Virus record (IMG/VR): IMGVR_UViG_3300044506_000040
DNA: 64,000 nucleotides
DNA from: an uncultured virus (IMG/VR IMGVR_UViG_3300044506_000040)
Lineage: Duplodnaviria; Heunggongvirae; Uroviricota; Caudoviricetes
Strand: one strand, 5' to 3'
The position numbers and the translations under genes were made by a program. A model generated the notes under the pieces. The model had not been told where the DNA came from and ran no database searches. It was given only the letters and a program-made list of their open reading frames with translations. Below are positions 20,399 through 31,154 of this stretch, in pieces; the first letter of the stretch is position 1; each line of letters begins with the position of its first letter.

Positions 20399-20538
20399 AT
20401 CTTTACCATTGTATAGTCAGTGTTGACTCGCTGATTGTCATGTCTTGAGCTCGCCTGTTCAGAGCAGACGTGCTTGAGAAGTACCGCGCGGGTACTGTAG
20501 TGAACAAATCTTTCCCTATTGCAATAGGAGCAACACAA

Positions 20539-22452
20539 ATGCGTCGCAGTATTTTCAATCGTGGCATCATGGCCATGGAAGGCGAACAGCCGCAACTCGA
20601 AGACCCGACCAACGCACCGGCACCGGGCGAAGGCGAGGCAACGCCCCCGGCAGCTGGTGAAGGCGAGGGCACCCCTCCGGCAGAAGGTGAAGGTACGCCG
20701 CCCGCTGAAGGCGAAGGCGAATCGACCCCGCCGGTAGCCGGCGAAGGTGAGGGCGAAGTGCCCCCGACGGAAGGCGAAGGCGAAACCCCGCCGGTCGAAG
20801 GTGAAACGCCTCCGGCCGAAGGCGAGACGCTGCCCGTGGAAGGTGAAACCCCGCCCGCTGAAGGCGAGGGTGAAGTTCCCCCGGTCGAGGGTGAAGGCGA
20901 AGTGCCGCCGACGGAAGGCGAAACGCCTCCGGGCGCAGAAGGCACCGCTGGTGAAGGCGAGATCGACGAACTGGGCGAACTCGAAGACGTGCCGGAACAC
21001 GCTGAATCGGCCGAAGCCGACATGGCTGAACTGAACGCCGAGCGCGGCGAGATCGACGCGCACGACAACGCAATCGACGAAGCCGAAGCCGGTGCAACGG
21101 CACTGGAAGCCATCCGCGAACAGCTGATTCTGGCCGACAAGGAAGGTGGTCTGACGCGCGGCGGCGCGGGCGTGCTGCGTGTGTCGCTCGAACACATCTA
21201 CGGCCGTCTGGGCATCCCGACGGACAAGGTCACGCCGGCGATGGAATCGTTCGGTGGTTCGGCAACGCGCCAGAGCTCGACGCAGATCGCGATCGAGAAC
21301 CTGTCGGAAACCGCGGCGAACATCTGGAAGAAGATCGTCGAATGGTCGAAGAAGATTTGGGACTGGATCGTCAAGTGGTACAACAAGCTGTTCGACACGA
21401 ACACGAAGGTCAAGGCTCGCGCTGAAGCCCTCAAGCAAGTTGCCGCAACGGTCGCCAAGGCCCAGAAGCAAGAACAGGAAATCGACAACGCCGGCCTCGC
21501 CAAGGCACTGTCGTTCGCCAACGGCGTGAACTTCGACGAAACGGTCACGAGCCTCGACCACTTCGTCAAGCAGTTCAACAACGGCGCGTCGAAGTACTTC
21601 GGTTCGATCCAGAAGCTCATCGAAAGCGTGAAGAGCGGCGCGAACCCGGGCAACCAGAACGCTGACCAGTACAGCTTCGGCCTCCAGAAGGAATCGAGCA
21701 TCGAAGGCGTGTCCGCTCCGGACGGCGCAGCGATGTACTCGTCGCCGGAACTGCCGGGCCGCGTGCGTATCGTCTCCGTGTGGAGCGAAGCGAACGTCGA
21801 ACACTGCCAGTTCAAGAAGATCAACCTGCCGGTCGAAGGCGAAGCCACGAAGGTGCCGACGCTGGATTCGGCGCAGATCGAGCGCGCTGCGGATCTGGTC
21901 ATCGAGATCACGACGGCTGTCGCGAACTCGCGTCAAGGCCTGGACGCTGCTGGTGGCGCGTTCAAGGAACTGATGGCTGCTGCCGAAAGCAACATCAACG
22001 GCATGCATGACGGTCAAGAAGGCGAGAACGTCGAAGCCAAGACGCAAGGCAATGCCAAGCTGGCAATCGCTCGCAAGGCGCAAGAGCTGCTCAAGGAAGC
22101 CGCGACGCAAGTCAACCACTATCTGGTCGATGTGGCCGAGAAGATCGTGGGCTGGGGCGAACTGAGCGCGAAGGCGCACGGCAAGGCTGAAGGTACGGGC
22201 GAAGCTGCTCCGGCCGAAGGCGAAGCCGCAAAGCCGGGCATGACCCAGCAAGTCAAGGACGCAGCCAACAAGGCTGGTGAAGCCGCCAAGCAGGCAGGCG
22301 CCAAGATCGGTGAAGCAGCTGGCAAGGCCGGCAGCGCCATCAAGGAAGCCGGCCAGAAGGTCGCCGACAAGGTCACCGGCAAGCCGGATCCGGCCGCTGA
22401 AGCTGCTGCCGCTGAAAAGCGTGCGAAGCTGAAGGAACAAGCGAGCGCCTAA
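20539..22452 (+). CDS. internal head (ejection) protein with acidic Pro/Gly/Glu propeptide
   Basis: AGGAG SD; AME/ALE/SLE/AMES/AIE sites, then WKKIVEWSKKIWDWI amphipathic helix (phiKZ gp93-family architecture). Confidence 0.75.
   Translation: MRRSIFNRGIMAMEGEQPQLEDPTNAPAPGEGEATPPAAGEGEGTPPAEGEGTPPAEGEGESTPPVAGEGEGEVPPTEGEGETPPVEGETPPAEGETLPVEGETPPAEGEGEVPPVEGEGEVPPTEGETPPGAEGTAGEGEIDELGELEDVPEHAESAEADMAELNAERGEIDAHDNAIDEAEAGATALEAIREQLILADKEGGLTRGGAGVLRVSLEHIYGRLGIPTDKVTPAMESFGGSATRQSSTQIAIENLSETAANIWKKIVEWSKKIWDWIVKWYNKLFDTNTKVKARAEALKQVAATVAKAQKQEQEIDNAGLAKALSFANGVNFDETVTSLDHFVKQFNNGASKYFGSIQKLIESVKSGANPGNQNADQYSFGLQKESSIEGVSAPDGAAMYSSPELPGRVRIVSVWSEANVEHCQFKKINLPVEGEATKVPTLDSAQIERAADLVIEITTAVANSRQGLDAAGGAFKELMAAAESNINGMHDGQEGENVEAKTQGNAKLAIARKAQELLKEAATQVNHYLVDVAEKIVGWGELSAKAHGKAEGTGEAAPAEGEAAKPGMTQQVKDAANKAGEAAKQAGAKIGEAAGKAGSAIKEAGQKVADKVTGKPDPAAEAAAAEKRAKLKEQASA
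20615..20965 (+). repeat. coding tandem repeat (T/V)PP(A/V/T)EGE(GE)
   Basis: About 13 imperfect copies of ccgccg...gaaggcgaa. Confidence 0.85.
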
Positions 22453-22486
22453 TCCGCGTCTCGTAGTCACTCCCCTGTAGTTCATT

Positions 22487-22518
22487 GGGCGCCCGGGGAA
22501 ACCCGGGCGTCTTATTTT
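22487..22518 (+). terminator. hairpin terminator
   Basis: ggcgcccggg-gaaa-cccgggcgtc-ttatttt. Confidence 0.7.
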
Positions 22519-22535
22519 GTCAGATAGGAAAACCC

Positions 22536-23945
22536 ATGCGTGTGAATCTGTTTGCGACACCGCCCACGCCCGCGAAGAAGGTCGAGCCTCAGGCTGCACC
22601 TGCTGTGCCTGAAGTGAAGCCTGCGCAAGAAGCGTACGACGAGCAAGGCACGGACAGCAAAGATCCCGCAAGCGTGGCGCATGCTGACGAGGGTGAGGTC
22701 ATTTCGCTGGAAGAAGCCAGCATCATTCTCGGCGATGCGCGCGTGTTAGCGGGCGAGATCGGGCGGGATCTGAGTGAGTCGGAACGCGTCATTCAAATTT
22801 CGGATGCTCTGGAAGACTTGGCGGTGGTTGCCAGGGATATCAAAGCAGCTACCCCCGCCGAAGCGTTCTTGATTGAACTGGTCGGTCAGACGGCCACGGC
22901 AGGCACGGAAGTGTTGCCGGAAGAAGTGATTCCTGCGATGGAGTCCTTCATCGGGATGAGCATTGCGACGGAAGGCATCATCGAAACGGCTCGCCGGATT
23001 TGGGAAGCCATCCTGAACTTCATCAAGAAGATCTGGTCGAAGATCCGTGACTTCTACCGGGTGACGGTGGTCACGAAGAAGTACAAGGCAACGCTGCTCG
23101 AACTGCGTCAAGCGGTGCGTGCAGTGGGCGAAGCACACGAACTGAAGAAGACGTTCAACGTCACGGGCGCCACGCACGGCCTCATCCCGCAGATGTATTC
23201 CAGCAATGTCTGGGAACACCTGAACACCGAGATGACGCACTTCGTGAAGCTCGACGATTTCGTCTTCAAGGACTACGCGACGGCCGTGCTCAAGTCGGGC
23301 GCTGCGATCACCGAAGCCATCAGCCAGTTCGACCCGAAGATCCCCGAGAAGTCGGCGGACGATCTGAAGGACAAGCTGACCGGTGTGCTGATCGATGTAC
23401 CGTCCGAGTACACGGCCAACGGCTTCATTGGTTCGGGTCACCTGCGCTTCCAGAAGCATGAGCGCGTGCATGGTGAATCGGCTGACGTGGCGTTGGAGCG
23501 AATCCGCTTGTCGGGCCTGAAGTTCACCAAGGGCGACGTGCCCAAGACGGTGGAGCGCGGCCAAGACGTGTTGCAAGGCATTCCGGCAGGCACGGAAATG
23601 GAGATGGAGCAACTGCTCGATCACGCCGACGCTTGTCTCGAAGTGCTCACGAGCTTCTACGCGCAGTACGTCAACCAGTTCTACAAGACGGCAGACGACT
23701 GCCAGGATGCATCGGTCAAGGCGAGCAAGGAAATGGAGCTGCTCGATAAGGCCGAGTTCGGCGACAAGTCGGTGGGTTACTACCGCTCGATGCTGAACTT
23801 CAACTCGGCGTTTGCGAACTGGACGTATGAGCCGTTCGTGCCGATGTACCATCACACCCTGCGTGTGGTGAACAGCATCTTCATCCTGGTGCGTGGTTCG
23901 CTTTCGTGCTACAAGAACGGTGTGCAAGCACCGCAACGTGCCTAA
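22536..23945 (+). CDS. internal head protein paralogue
   Basis: SLEE, ALED, PAMES and IATEG sites followed by IWEAILNFIKKIWSKI. Confidence 0.75.
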   Translation: MRVNLFATPPTPAKKVEPQAAPAVPEVKPAQEAYDEQGTDSKDPASVAHADEGEVISLEEASIILGDARVLAGEIGRDLSESERVIQISDALEDLAVVARDIKAATPAEAFLIELVGQTATAGTEVLPEEVIPAMESFIGMSIATEGIIETARRIWEAILNFIKKIWSKIRDFYRVTVVTKKYKATLLELRQAVRAVGEAHELKKTFNVTGATHGLIPQMYSSNVWEHLNTEMTHFVKLDDFVFKDYATAVLKSGAAITEAISQFDPKIPEKSADDLKDKLTGVLIDVPSEYTANGFIGSGHLRFQKHERVHGESADVALERIRLSGLKFTKGDVPKTVERGQDVLQGIPAGTEMEMEQLLDHADACLEVLTSFYAQYVNQFYKTADDCQDASVKASKEMELLDKAEFGDKSVGYYRSMLNFNSAFANWTYEPFVPMYHHTLRVVNSIFILVRGSLSCYKNGVQAPQRA

Positions 23946-23971
23946 CAGCATACCCCCAGTGGAACGCGTAA

Positions 23972-24005
23972 GGCCCGGGGCTTCGGCCTCGGGTTTTATG
24001 CCGTC
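23972..24005 (+). terminator. hairpin + TATGCCG element
   Basis: ccgggg-cttcgg-cctcgg-gtttt-atgccgtc. Confidence 0.65.
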
Positions 24006-24047
24006 GTCTTTTCGCCCGATTTTATGTACCGTCTTGTGAGATAGACT

Positions 24048-25565
24048 ATGCCAACTGTTGTGTTAGCCATTCCGGAGACCTACGATAGCGTCACCCGACC
24101 GGTCATCTACGATGTGACACGTAAGCTCTTTAAGTGGACGGGCTTACACGAGAACACGCCGATCCTGTATCCGTCGCCTAACGGTCAGACGTTTCAGCCC
24201 GGCTCGACGCTCCTGCACAATCCCAAGGATTCGGAGCTCGCGTATGACGACCAGGTGAGTATCGAAGTCACCGAAGAGATGGATCCCGAACGCCTTGCCT
24301 CAACGGCTGTGGTGTACCCGGAGAACCTCTTTATTCTGCACGACCCTCGTGTGGAAACGGTTATGAAGCCCGTGTATGTACACACGGAAGTCACGATCAA
24401 TTTCAAGTTCCGTGCTATCGATGAAGTGAAGGCCAAACGCTGGCGTGATCAGATTCGAGTCCGGATGTCGCAGATGCGCGATCTCCACATGCTGGATATC
24501 CGCTACGCTTACCAAGTGCCGCCAGTCGGGATGGTGATCTTGGAAGAGATCCATCGCTTGATGGAAGCGACCGCAGGTTACGGCGTCTCGTACGCTCAGT
24601 GGTTTAAGAATAGCGCCGGTGCCCAGCTGACGGTGGAATCGAACATGAGCGGCACCCAGCTGCAAGTGGCCGTGCCCGAGCACCAAGGCAAGATCGTGGG
24701 TTACTGGGACTTCACCGGGGAGCCTGAGCAAGGTAACAAGGAAGACAACGCGGAAACCTGGACGATCAGCTTTGCGTTCAAGTTCAAGTACGACAAGCCG
24801 GCTTCGGTCGTCTTGCAGTACCCGCTGATGATTCACAACCAAGTCATCAAGTACCGGGATGAGAAGCCCGTGTACACGCCGGACAATATCGAGAAGACGT
24901 TCAGTCTCTCGGCCTGGTATCTGAATCACTTCGATCGCACCCGGGCGTTGAATTCGTCGGTGCGCGACAAGACTGGGATCATGCTGCCGGCCTGGGATGA
25001 CTTCGTGCCCCAGACGCAACCGCTGCATTACCTGAAGATCATGAGTGCGATGCTCTCGATTGATCTGTCGCAAGGCGGCTCGCCGAGTACGCTGATGAAT
25101 CTCGATACGCTCTCGGAAGGCTACGCGATGACGGACGCGATGAAGCAGTTCATCATCGGCGAAGCACCCTACATGACCAAGCGCGGGCAGAGTGTGTTTA
25201 ACTGTGCGCTCTACCTGTCCAACACGCAGATGGCCGATGGCGCGATCCTCGTGGACAACGAACTGAATGTGACCAGCACGTTCAATCCGAATCCGCGTGC
25301 ACGCTTCCACTTGTGGTTCGGCCTGTGCTACAACTGGCGCTATCTGTCGCCGGGGGCAGTGCAACGTCTGCGCATGAACTATCCGGTGCTCGTGCAACTG
25401 ATCCGGGCGCTGTGGCCGGGTTGGAACTACACGCCGGACCAGATTGGCAACTCGGGCATTGCAACGAATGGCTCGATGAGCTATCTGACGGGACAGACTG
25501 CGGACCTGATGAAGCGGATCAACATGAAGACGGTCGAGACGTTCTTCGTTCAAGTTAAGGAGTAA
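24048..25565 (+). CDS. virion structural protein (phiKZ gp98-like)
   Basis: ETYDSVTRP, FKFKYDKP, YPLMIHNQ motifs; synteny. Confidence 0.7.
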   Translation: MPTVVLAIPETYDSVTRPVIYDVTRKLFKWTGLHENTPILYPSPNGQTFQPGSTLLHNPKDSELAYDDQVSIEVTEEMDPERLASTAVVYPENLFILHDPRVETVMKPVYVHTEVTINFKFRAIDEVKAKRWRDQIRVRMSQMRDLHMLDIRYAYQVPPVGMVILEEIHRLMEATAGYGVSYAQWFKNSAGAQLTVESNMSGTQLQVAVPEHQGKIVGYWDFTGEPEQGNKEDNAETWTISFAFKFKYDKPASVVLQYPLMIHNQVIKYRDEKPVYTPDNIEKTFSLSAWYLNHFDRTRALNSSVRDKTGIMLPAWDDFVPQTQPLHYLKIMSAMLSIDLSQGGSPSTLMNLDTLSEGYAMTDAMKQFIIGEAPYMTKRGQSVFNCALYLSNTQMADGAILVDNELNVTSTFNPNPRARFHLWFGLCYNWRYLSPGAVQRLRMNYPVLVQLIRALWPGWNYTPDQIGNSGIATNGSMSYLTGQTADLMKRINMKTVETFFVQVKE

Positions 25566-25568
25566 GAC

Positions 25569-26927
25569 ATGCCGTTGGTTGATACTTCGTCGACCCCGCC
25601 GGTCAAGCAGACCTCGCAGGTTCGCATCACCGACCCGCAGTACCAAGGCATTGCGATTGACACCCGCTACATTCCTGCTACTGATCTCTTGACACACGTC
25701 GAGGGCTCCAGCTGGACGGTCGACTACTACAGCCAAGTGCTCGATCGTGACAACGGCGTAGCGGGTCAGTCGGTCAATAAGCCTGCACAGCTGCAACAGT
25801 ACCGCCGCGTGCGTGGCTTGGAGCTGAAGGTCACGGCGCCGCTGACGGCTTCGCAAGACCAGTCGACCAAGAAGATGAGTTACGTGGGCGGCGCAAACCT
25901 CTACCCCGTGCTCATCCCGAACATGGGCGACATGTTCATCGCGGAAACCGATGACGGCCGCTTCGCCATCTTCATGGTGACGGGCTCGGAGCGTAAAAGC
26001 TTCTACAAAGACTCGGTCTTCACGATCGAGTACGAGATGCAGGATTATGCAATCCCGGAACGCTTGCGCGACCTGGAAAGCAAAATCATCAACACCGTAG
26101 AATACGTCAAGGACTATCTGCAAGCGGGCCAGAACCCGCTCGTGGAAGAAGCCGCATGGCAGAACATCAGCCGGCTGCACAACCGCGCTGAGAGCATCCT
26201 GACGAGTTATACGAAGCAGTTCTTCAGCAAGGAATTCAACACGTTTATCGTGCCGGGCCAGATGTACCCGACCTACGATGCGTGGTTGGTGAAGGCACTC
26301 CAGTCGATGTTCGAAGCCCTCGACACGCCGGAGCTCCTAAACATGCGGATTCTGGACTGTGATGACCAGCCAGCGATGGCGTGTACGCAGCTGTGGGATG
26401 TGCTCCTGCAAAAGGACCTGCAACTGCTCAAGTTCGTCAACAAGCGGGCCGGTCTCGTGTGGGTCAATCGCTTCACACGCAACCCGATGCTCAACGGCAT
26501 TCGCTGGAGCGGCATCAATCAGGTGGTCTATCCGATCGACGTCGAGTTGACGGTGGACCAAGAGTTGGCCGGTATGGGACTCGAACCCATCACGGATTCG
26601 CAGCTGGTGGAAGTACCCTCGCGTAAGGGTCGACTCGAAGACATGTTGCCGGTCACGAACCTGCCGGGTCTGCCGTATGTGAAGGCACCGCTCATCAAGC
26701 CGGTGTTGATCGACGACTACTACATCTTCTCCAAGGAGTTCTACCATGGGGAAGACGGGCAGTCGCAACTCGAACTGATGGTCGGGGACTATCTGCATGG
26801 CCGAGCACTGAACCATCAGACGCTCCTGGCCTTCTGCGATACGTGGCATGCATGGCCGCGTCTCGCCATGTTCTACTACACGCCGATTGTGCTGCTGCTC
26901 ATTCGGGCGGCTTTGCGTCGGGAATAA
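25569..26927 (+). CDS. virion structural protein (phiKZ gp99-like)
   Basis: VEGSSWTVDYYSQ, PNMGDMFIA, YYIFS, FYYTPIVLLLI motifs. Confidence 0.7.
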   Translation: MPLVDTSSTPPVKQTSQVRITDPQYQGIAIDTRYIPATDLLTHVEGSSWTVDYYSQVLDRDNGVAGQSVNKPAQLQQYRRVRGLELKVTAPLTASQDQSTKKMSYVGGANLYPVLIPNMGDMFIAETDDGRFAIFMVTGSERKSFYKDSVFTIEYEMQDYAIPERLRDLESKIINTVEYVKDYLQAGQNPLVEEAAWQNISRLHNRAESILTSYTKQFFSKEFNTFIVPGQMYPTYDAWLVKALQSMFEALDTPELLNMRILDCDDQPAMACTQLWDVLLQKDLQLLKFVNKRAGLVWVNRFTRNPMLNGIRWSGINQVVYPIDVELTVDQELAGMGLEPITDSQLVEVPSRKGRLEDMLPVTNLPGLPYVKAPLIKPVLIDDYYIFSKEFYHGEDGQSQLELMVGDYLHGRALNHQTLLAFCDTWHAWPRLAMFYYTPIVLLLIRAALRRE

Positions 26928-26936
26928 AAAGGAAAG

Positions 26937-27647
26937 ATGATGAAACAGCGCTTAAAGCCAAAGAACCCCGTCGTGGTGCCCCGGGCCAGCAATTGGGTGC
27001 CAGTTGAGCAGCGCGACACGGGATGGTGGATCTTTAACGAGCTGTTTCATTGTCGCGTCCAGCGCATCCAGACGATCTCGTTGGATGAGATGCGGGAGTA
27101 CGGTACGCCGACTTCGGGGATGCCCGAGTACGACGAACAGATGCGCAATGAACGCGTGGACCGCATGCTCACGATCTCCTCGATGATGGAGTACTTCGAG
27201 CAAGGGGTGACGGTGGGGGTGGTGAACGAGAAGGACACCAAGCGGATCTATGATTACATCACGGATCACTTGCTGGCTTGGCGGCATCACTTGCAAACGG
27301 AAATGAACATCCGGATCCAGGCAGCCGCCCCGCTGGATGATCTGGTGAAGCTCGACCAGTTTGCCAACGTGGTCTACAAGCACGCCAAGTACCACTTCAC
27401 GCAAGAGTACGTGGATTCGCTGCTCGGTCGCAAGCTCGATGCCATTCCGCACGCACGTCAGAACGTTATCAAGCCGTTCAGCGAAATCGTTCGGATCAGC
27501 GCCGATGGCAAGTCGCACGAGGTCAGCCAGAACGAGGGCGAAGAACCCGTGCAAGAGAAGTATCCGGACCGCGTCTCGCTTGCCGATGCGTTCACGCGCG
27601 GCCAGAAGAACGGTGGCGTGAAGCCGGCCTTTGCCTGGCGCAAGTAA
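26937..27647 (+). CDS. conserved jumbo-phage protein (gp100-like position)
   Basis: IYDYITDHLLAW...APLDDLVKLDQFA. Confidence 0.65.
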   Translation: MMKQRLKPKNPVVVPRASNWVPVEQRDTGWWIFNELFHCRVQRIQTISLDEMREYGTPTSGMPEYDEQMRNERVDRMLTISSMMEYFEQGVTVGVVNEKDTKRIYDYITDHLLAWRHHLQTEMNIRIQAAAPLDDLVKLDQFANVVYKHAKYHFTQEYVDSLLGRKLDAIPHARQNVIKPFSEIVRISADGKSHEVSQNEGEEPVQEKYPDRVSLADAFTRGQKNGGVKPAFAWRK

Positions 27648-27656
27648 GGGGGACTC

Positions 27657-29030
27657 ATGGAGTTTGAACAATCGAGCCTCATGCTCGAAGTCAGCGCCAT
27701 CACGGCCCAGGGGGCGAAGCCTGTGCAGTTCCAGGTGAATGCACAGATCATCGTCAATACCACAGGTCAGACGGTGACGCCCCTGAAGGTCCTGAACGTT
27801 GACATTGAACGCAACTATCTGGACGGGTACGCAGACCACATCCTCGTGGAGATGAGTCTGCCGCTTGGTATGTACTCCAAGCTGATCTACCCGTACAAGA
27901 ACAACCTCGACATCACCCTGACGCTCGTGCCCATGATGGAAACAGGCGACCAGGTGAATACGTCAGGCACGCCTCAATCCGAAACGTACACCGCGACGAT
28001 TCTGGATACGGGTAACCCGGCGGTCGAACAAAACGGTTTCAACGCCGCCACGCAGTTCAACCTGGACTTGACGGGACAGATTCCCGTGCACTTCCAGCTG
28101 GTCAATAAAGCACTCGACCAGATGCGCATGATGGATGTGGGGCAAGTGTTCCGAGGCGCCACCGTGGATGATGCGATCAAGTCGATCCTCACGAACGTCT
28201 CGCAGATGACGACCGTCAATGGTCAGCGCACCGTCCAAGGCGTGACGATGCAGAAGTCATCGAACCAGACCGCGCGTCAACACATCGTGCTGCCTCACGG
28301 CGTGAAGCTCGTGGATGCAGCGAAGTACATTCAGAAGTATGCAGGCGGGGTGTACAACTCCGGGATGGGCTGCTACTTGCAGGGTAACCAGTGGCATGTG
28401 TTTCCGTCCATGGACACGACGCGTTTCAATACGAGTCAGAACACGCTCACGGTGATCAACCTGCCGAAGAACAAGTACACGAACGTGGAGCGCACGTATC
28501 GTCAAGCTGGTGGCCAACTGGTGGTGCTCGCCACGGGGAACGTGAAGTTCCGCGATCCGAGTAACGCCAAGCAGTTGAATAGCGGTAACGGTATTCGCTT
28601 CTCGGACGCCACGAAGTTCATGGGTGGCTTTGCGACGCTGGGAGACAACAAAGCCCTGGCCAGTCGCGGCGACAACAACAACGAGTTTGTAGGCTTGCAG
28701 CGCCCCAATGGGAACAACAACGTTCACCGTTCGAATAACCCGATCAATGCGAACTCGCTGGAGGAGTACTCCAAGTTGACGCGTGCGATGGGGTCGGTGA
28801 TTCAGATGGAGTGGCAGCACTCCAATCCGTTGCTCATTACGCCGGGCCTACCAACCCAGATCATGTATTTGGATGAGGATTCGATCCAGACCATCAATGG
28901 GGTGGTCGTCGGCGCGCATCATTACATGCAGATGCTAGGCACCAACTTCTCCTCAGCTAAGTACGCCACGTCGACGGTACTCTCCATCTTCGTGCAGCCG
29001 GCTGACCAAAGCAATTCTACGACTCCTTGA
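27657..29030 (+). CDS. virion structural protein, putative baseplate hub (phiKZ gp101-like)
   Basis: RNYLDGYAD, GVYNSGMGCY, WQHSNPLLITPG motifs. Confidence 0.7.
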   Translation: MEFEQSSLMLEVSAITAQGAKPVQFQVNAQIIVNTTGQTVTPLKVLNVDIERNYLDGYADHILVEMSLPLGMYSKLIYPYKNNLDITLTLVPMMETGDQVNTSGTPQSETYTATILDTGNPAVEQNGFNAATQFNLDLTGQIPVHFQLVNKALDQMRMMDVGQVFRGATVDDAIKSILTNVSQMTTVNGQRTVQGVTMQKSSNQTARQHIVLPHGVKLVDAAKYIQKYAGGVYNSGMGCYLQGNQWHVFPSMDTTRFNTSQNTLTVINLPKNKYTNVERTYRQAGGQLVVLATGNVKFRDPSNAKQLNSGNGIRFSDATKFMGGFATLGDNKALASRGDNNNEFVGLQRPNGNNNVHRSNNPINANSLEEYSKLTRAMGSVIQMEWQHSNPLLITPGLPTQIMYLDEDSIQTINGVVVGAHHYMQMLGTNFSSAKYATSTVLSIFVQPADQSNSTTP

Positions 29031-29037
29031 GGACATC

Positions 29038-29592
29038 ATGTCTGTTACGCTGAACCTGAATCAAGCGGCTGCGGCTATCCTGCTCCAGCAATTCAACGCC
29101 GACAACGGCACGAGCTACACGACCGAGCAGATCGAATTCGGTCCGGTCATGGAGAACCACGACGTGGACTCCGCCACCTACGAAGCCTGTGTGCTGATGC
29201 AAGGTGTGCAGGGCTCGGGTGTGGCTGGCAGCTACACGTACAAGTACAACCGCATCGATCTGTCGACGATCTTCGCTGGCCATGCTACGTATGACGTGAC
29301 GGCCATGACGTCGTATGCGCAGCTGATCGCCGCGATCAACACGGCGCTCTCCACCGACATGCAGATTTCGGTGCTGCCCAACAACGACACGAACCAGCTG
29401 TATGTGGCTGGTGACATCAACCCGGCGTCGCTCCCGGTGCCCCCGGCAGGCAAGACGAGCGTGGCGTTTGTACTGACCGCCGACCCGAACTCGCTGATTT
29501 ATCGAAATAGTGTGGTGCTGACCGCCACGACGACAGCTACCAGTATCGCAGCCTCGGTGACGAAGCCCTCGACGGGCCTCACTTTCCCTTAA
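29038..29592 (+). CDS. virion decoration/tail-associated protein, YNRxD family
   Basis: YKYNRIDL...IAAINTAL...ADPNSLIY. Confidence 0.65.
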   Translation: MSVTLNLNQAAAAILLQQFNADNGTSYTTEQIEFGPVMENHDVDSATYEACVLMQGVQGSGVAGSYTYKYNRIDLSTIFAGHATYDVTAMTSYAQLIAAINTALSTDMQISVLPNNDTNQLYVAGDINPASLPVPPAGKTSVAFVLTADPNSLIYRNSVVLTATTTATSIAASVTKPSTGLTFP

Positions 29593-29605
29593 AGGATGAG
29601 AAGCC

Positions 29606-30073
29606 ATGGCGCTCGTGCTAGATTTCACGCAGAGCGCCTTGAGCGTTCTGCTCGCAGCAATTAACTATTACAACGATACGACCATCACGCCGGATCAGAT
29701 CAGTGTCCAACAAGTAGCATCATTGCCGGACACTGACTCTTCCGGTATGAACACCGTCGCCTTCATCAGTTCCACACAAGGCGCAACCGTATTCGAAGGT
29801 CGTGAACCATTCAAGTACAACCGTACTGACATCTCAACCGTACCGGGTTCTCGGACCACGACGTTTGCAGTTGGCAGTGCCTACTACTTGTCTGATTTGT
29901 TACCCCAGATTAACGCAGCGTGGTCACTGAACCTCACTGTCGAGGATATCCAGGATGGCATCTTGCCTGGGTTTCCCGATGGGGCGCTCAGTGTGTCGCT
30001 GATGATGGAGATGGCTCCGGGGAGTTTGCTCTGGTTGAACGAGGTGGAGATTAGCATCACTCCATCGTCCTAA
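29606..30073 (+). CDS. virion decoration/tail-associated protein, YNRxD family
   Basis: FKYNRTDI...LPQINAAWSLNL...APGSLLW. Confidence 0.65.
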   Translation: MALVLDFTQSALSVLLAAINYYNDTTITPDQISVQQVASLPDTDSSGMNTVAFISSTQGATVFEGREPFKYNRTDISTVPGSRTTTFAVGSAYYLSDLLPQINAAWSLNLTVEDIQDGILPGFPDGALSVSLMMEMAPGSLLWLNEVEISITPSS

Positions 30074-30197
30074 ACTGGAGAGGGCATGTCGTGACAGTTC
30101 ATCGTCATGGCAAAATTTACACGCCTGTGGATTGATATGAGCGGAGAAACCCTCCCTCTGACTTCCCCAGTCCCGAACTCTTTTTCCAAGGTTAATC

Positions 30198-31115
30198 ATG
30201 CAGATCAATTCCAGCCTGACCGCACTCGGCAACCTGCTGGCTCAAATCCAGACGGACAATCCGAAGTGGTCGGCGATCACCGAGAACATCCTCTCGGTTC
30301 AGAGCGTCAGCGCTGTGACGCCGGACGATGCCGGCCGCAACACCGTGGTCATCGTGGGCGCCGAAGGCTACGCTGACACGGAAAGCTTCACGTTCACGCG
30401 TCGCGGTCTGAGCGACAGCGTCAACCCGGTTCCCGCCGCGATCTCGCTGCAAGGCACGGAAACGGCAGCGGACATCGCTGGTCTCGTCTCGAAGGCCCTC
30501 GGCCTCGTGCAATCGGAAGTCTCGTTCAACGCATCGTTCATCAACGCTGACGGCACGCTCACGCTGCCGGCTGCTGCTGCGGACGGTTCGGTGACGGGTT
30601 CGATCGCAATCGTTTCGGCTTCGGGCTCGCTGCTTTACGTCGACGGTTCGACCGGTTCGCTGGCTGTGAACTTCCCGAGCCAACCGGTTACGCCGCCGGC
30701 TCCGACGCTCGCCGCTCTGACGGACGTGACGGCTCTGTCGGGTTTCTCGGCAGCTGCTGCTCCGGTGGCTCCGGCCGCTGACGGCACGTCGTCGACGGGT
30801 ACGGGTACGGATGGTTCGACGCCCGCTGCTTCGACCGACGGCACGACCCCGGTGGCACCCACCGATGGTACGTCGACGCAACCCGCAGCTGACGGCACCA
30901 GCACGGCACCCGCCGCTGACGGTACGACTCCCGTTGCACCTGCTGCCGACGGCACGACCAGCACGCCCGCCGCTGATGGCACCAACGCAGCTCCCGCTGC
31001 CGACGGTACCGCCCCGGCTGCCGATGGCACGACGACCGCTCCGGTCGCTGCTGCTGACGGTACGACGGCTGCTCCGGCAGCTGACGGCCAGGCTTCGCAA
31101 GTCGCCGCTAGCTAA
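30198..31115 (+). CDS. virion-associated protein with C-terminal ADGT repeats
   Basis: MQINSSLTALGNLL...FTRRGL...SGSLLY, then repeated (A/T)DG(T/S) units. Confidence 0.75.
   Translation: MQINSSLTALGNLLAQIQTDNPKWSAITENILSVQSVSAVTPDDAGRNTVVIVGAEGYADTESFTFTRRGLSDSVNPVPAAISLQGTETAADIAGLVSKALGLVQSEVSFNASFINADGTLTLPAAAADGSVTGSIAIVSASGSLLYVDGSTGSLAVNFPSQPVTPPAPTLAALTDVTALSGFSAAAAPVAPAADGTSSTGTGTDGSTPAASTDGTTPVAPTDGTSTQPAADGTSTAPAADGTTPVAPAADGTTSTPAADGTNAAPAADGTAPAADGTTTAPVAAADGTTAAPAADGQASQVAAS
30770..31090 (+). repeat. coding tandem repeat PAADGTT
   Basis: About 12 imperfect copies of gctgacggcacg. Confidence 0.85.
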
Positions 31116-31154
31116 GCAGTCGCAGTAACAGCTAGGTAGTGAACAGCTAAAAAG

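Noticed and set aside
20615..20965. Repeats as a CRISPR array (also 30770-31090 and the fibre repeats)
   Set aside because: In-frame degenerate coding repeats with no constant repeat/unique spacer structure and no cas genes
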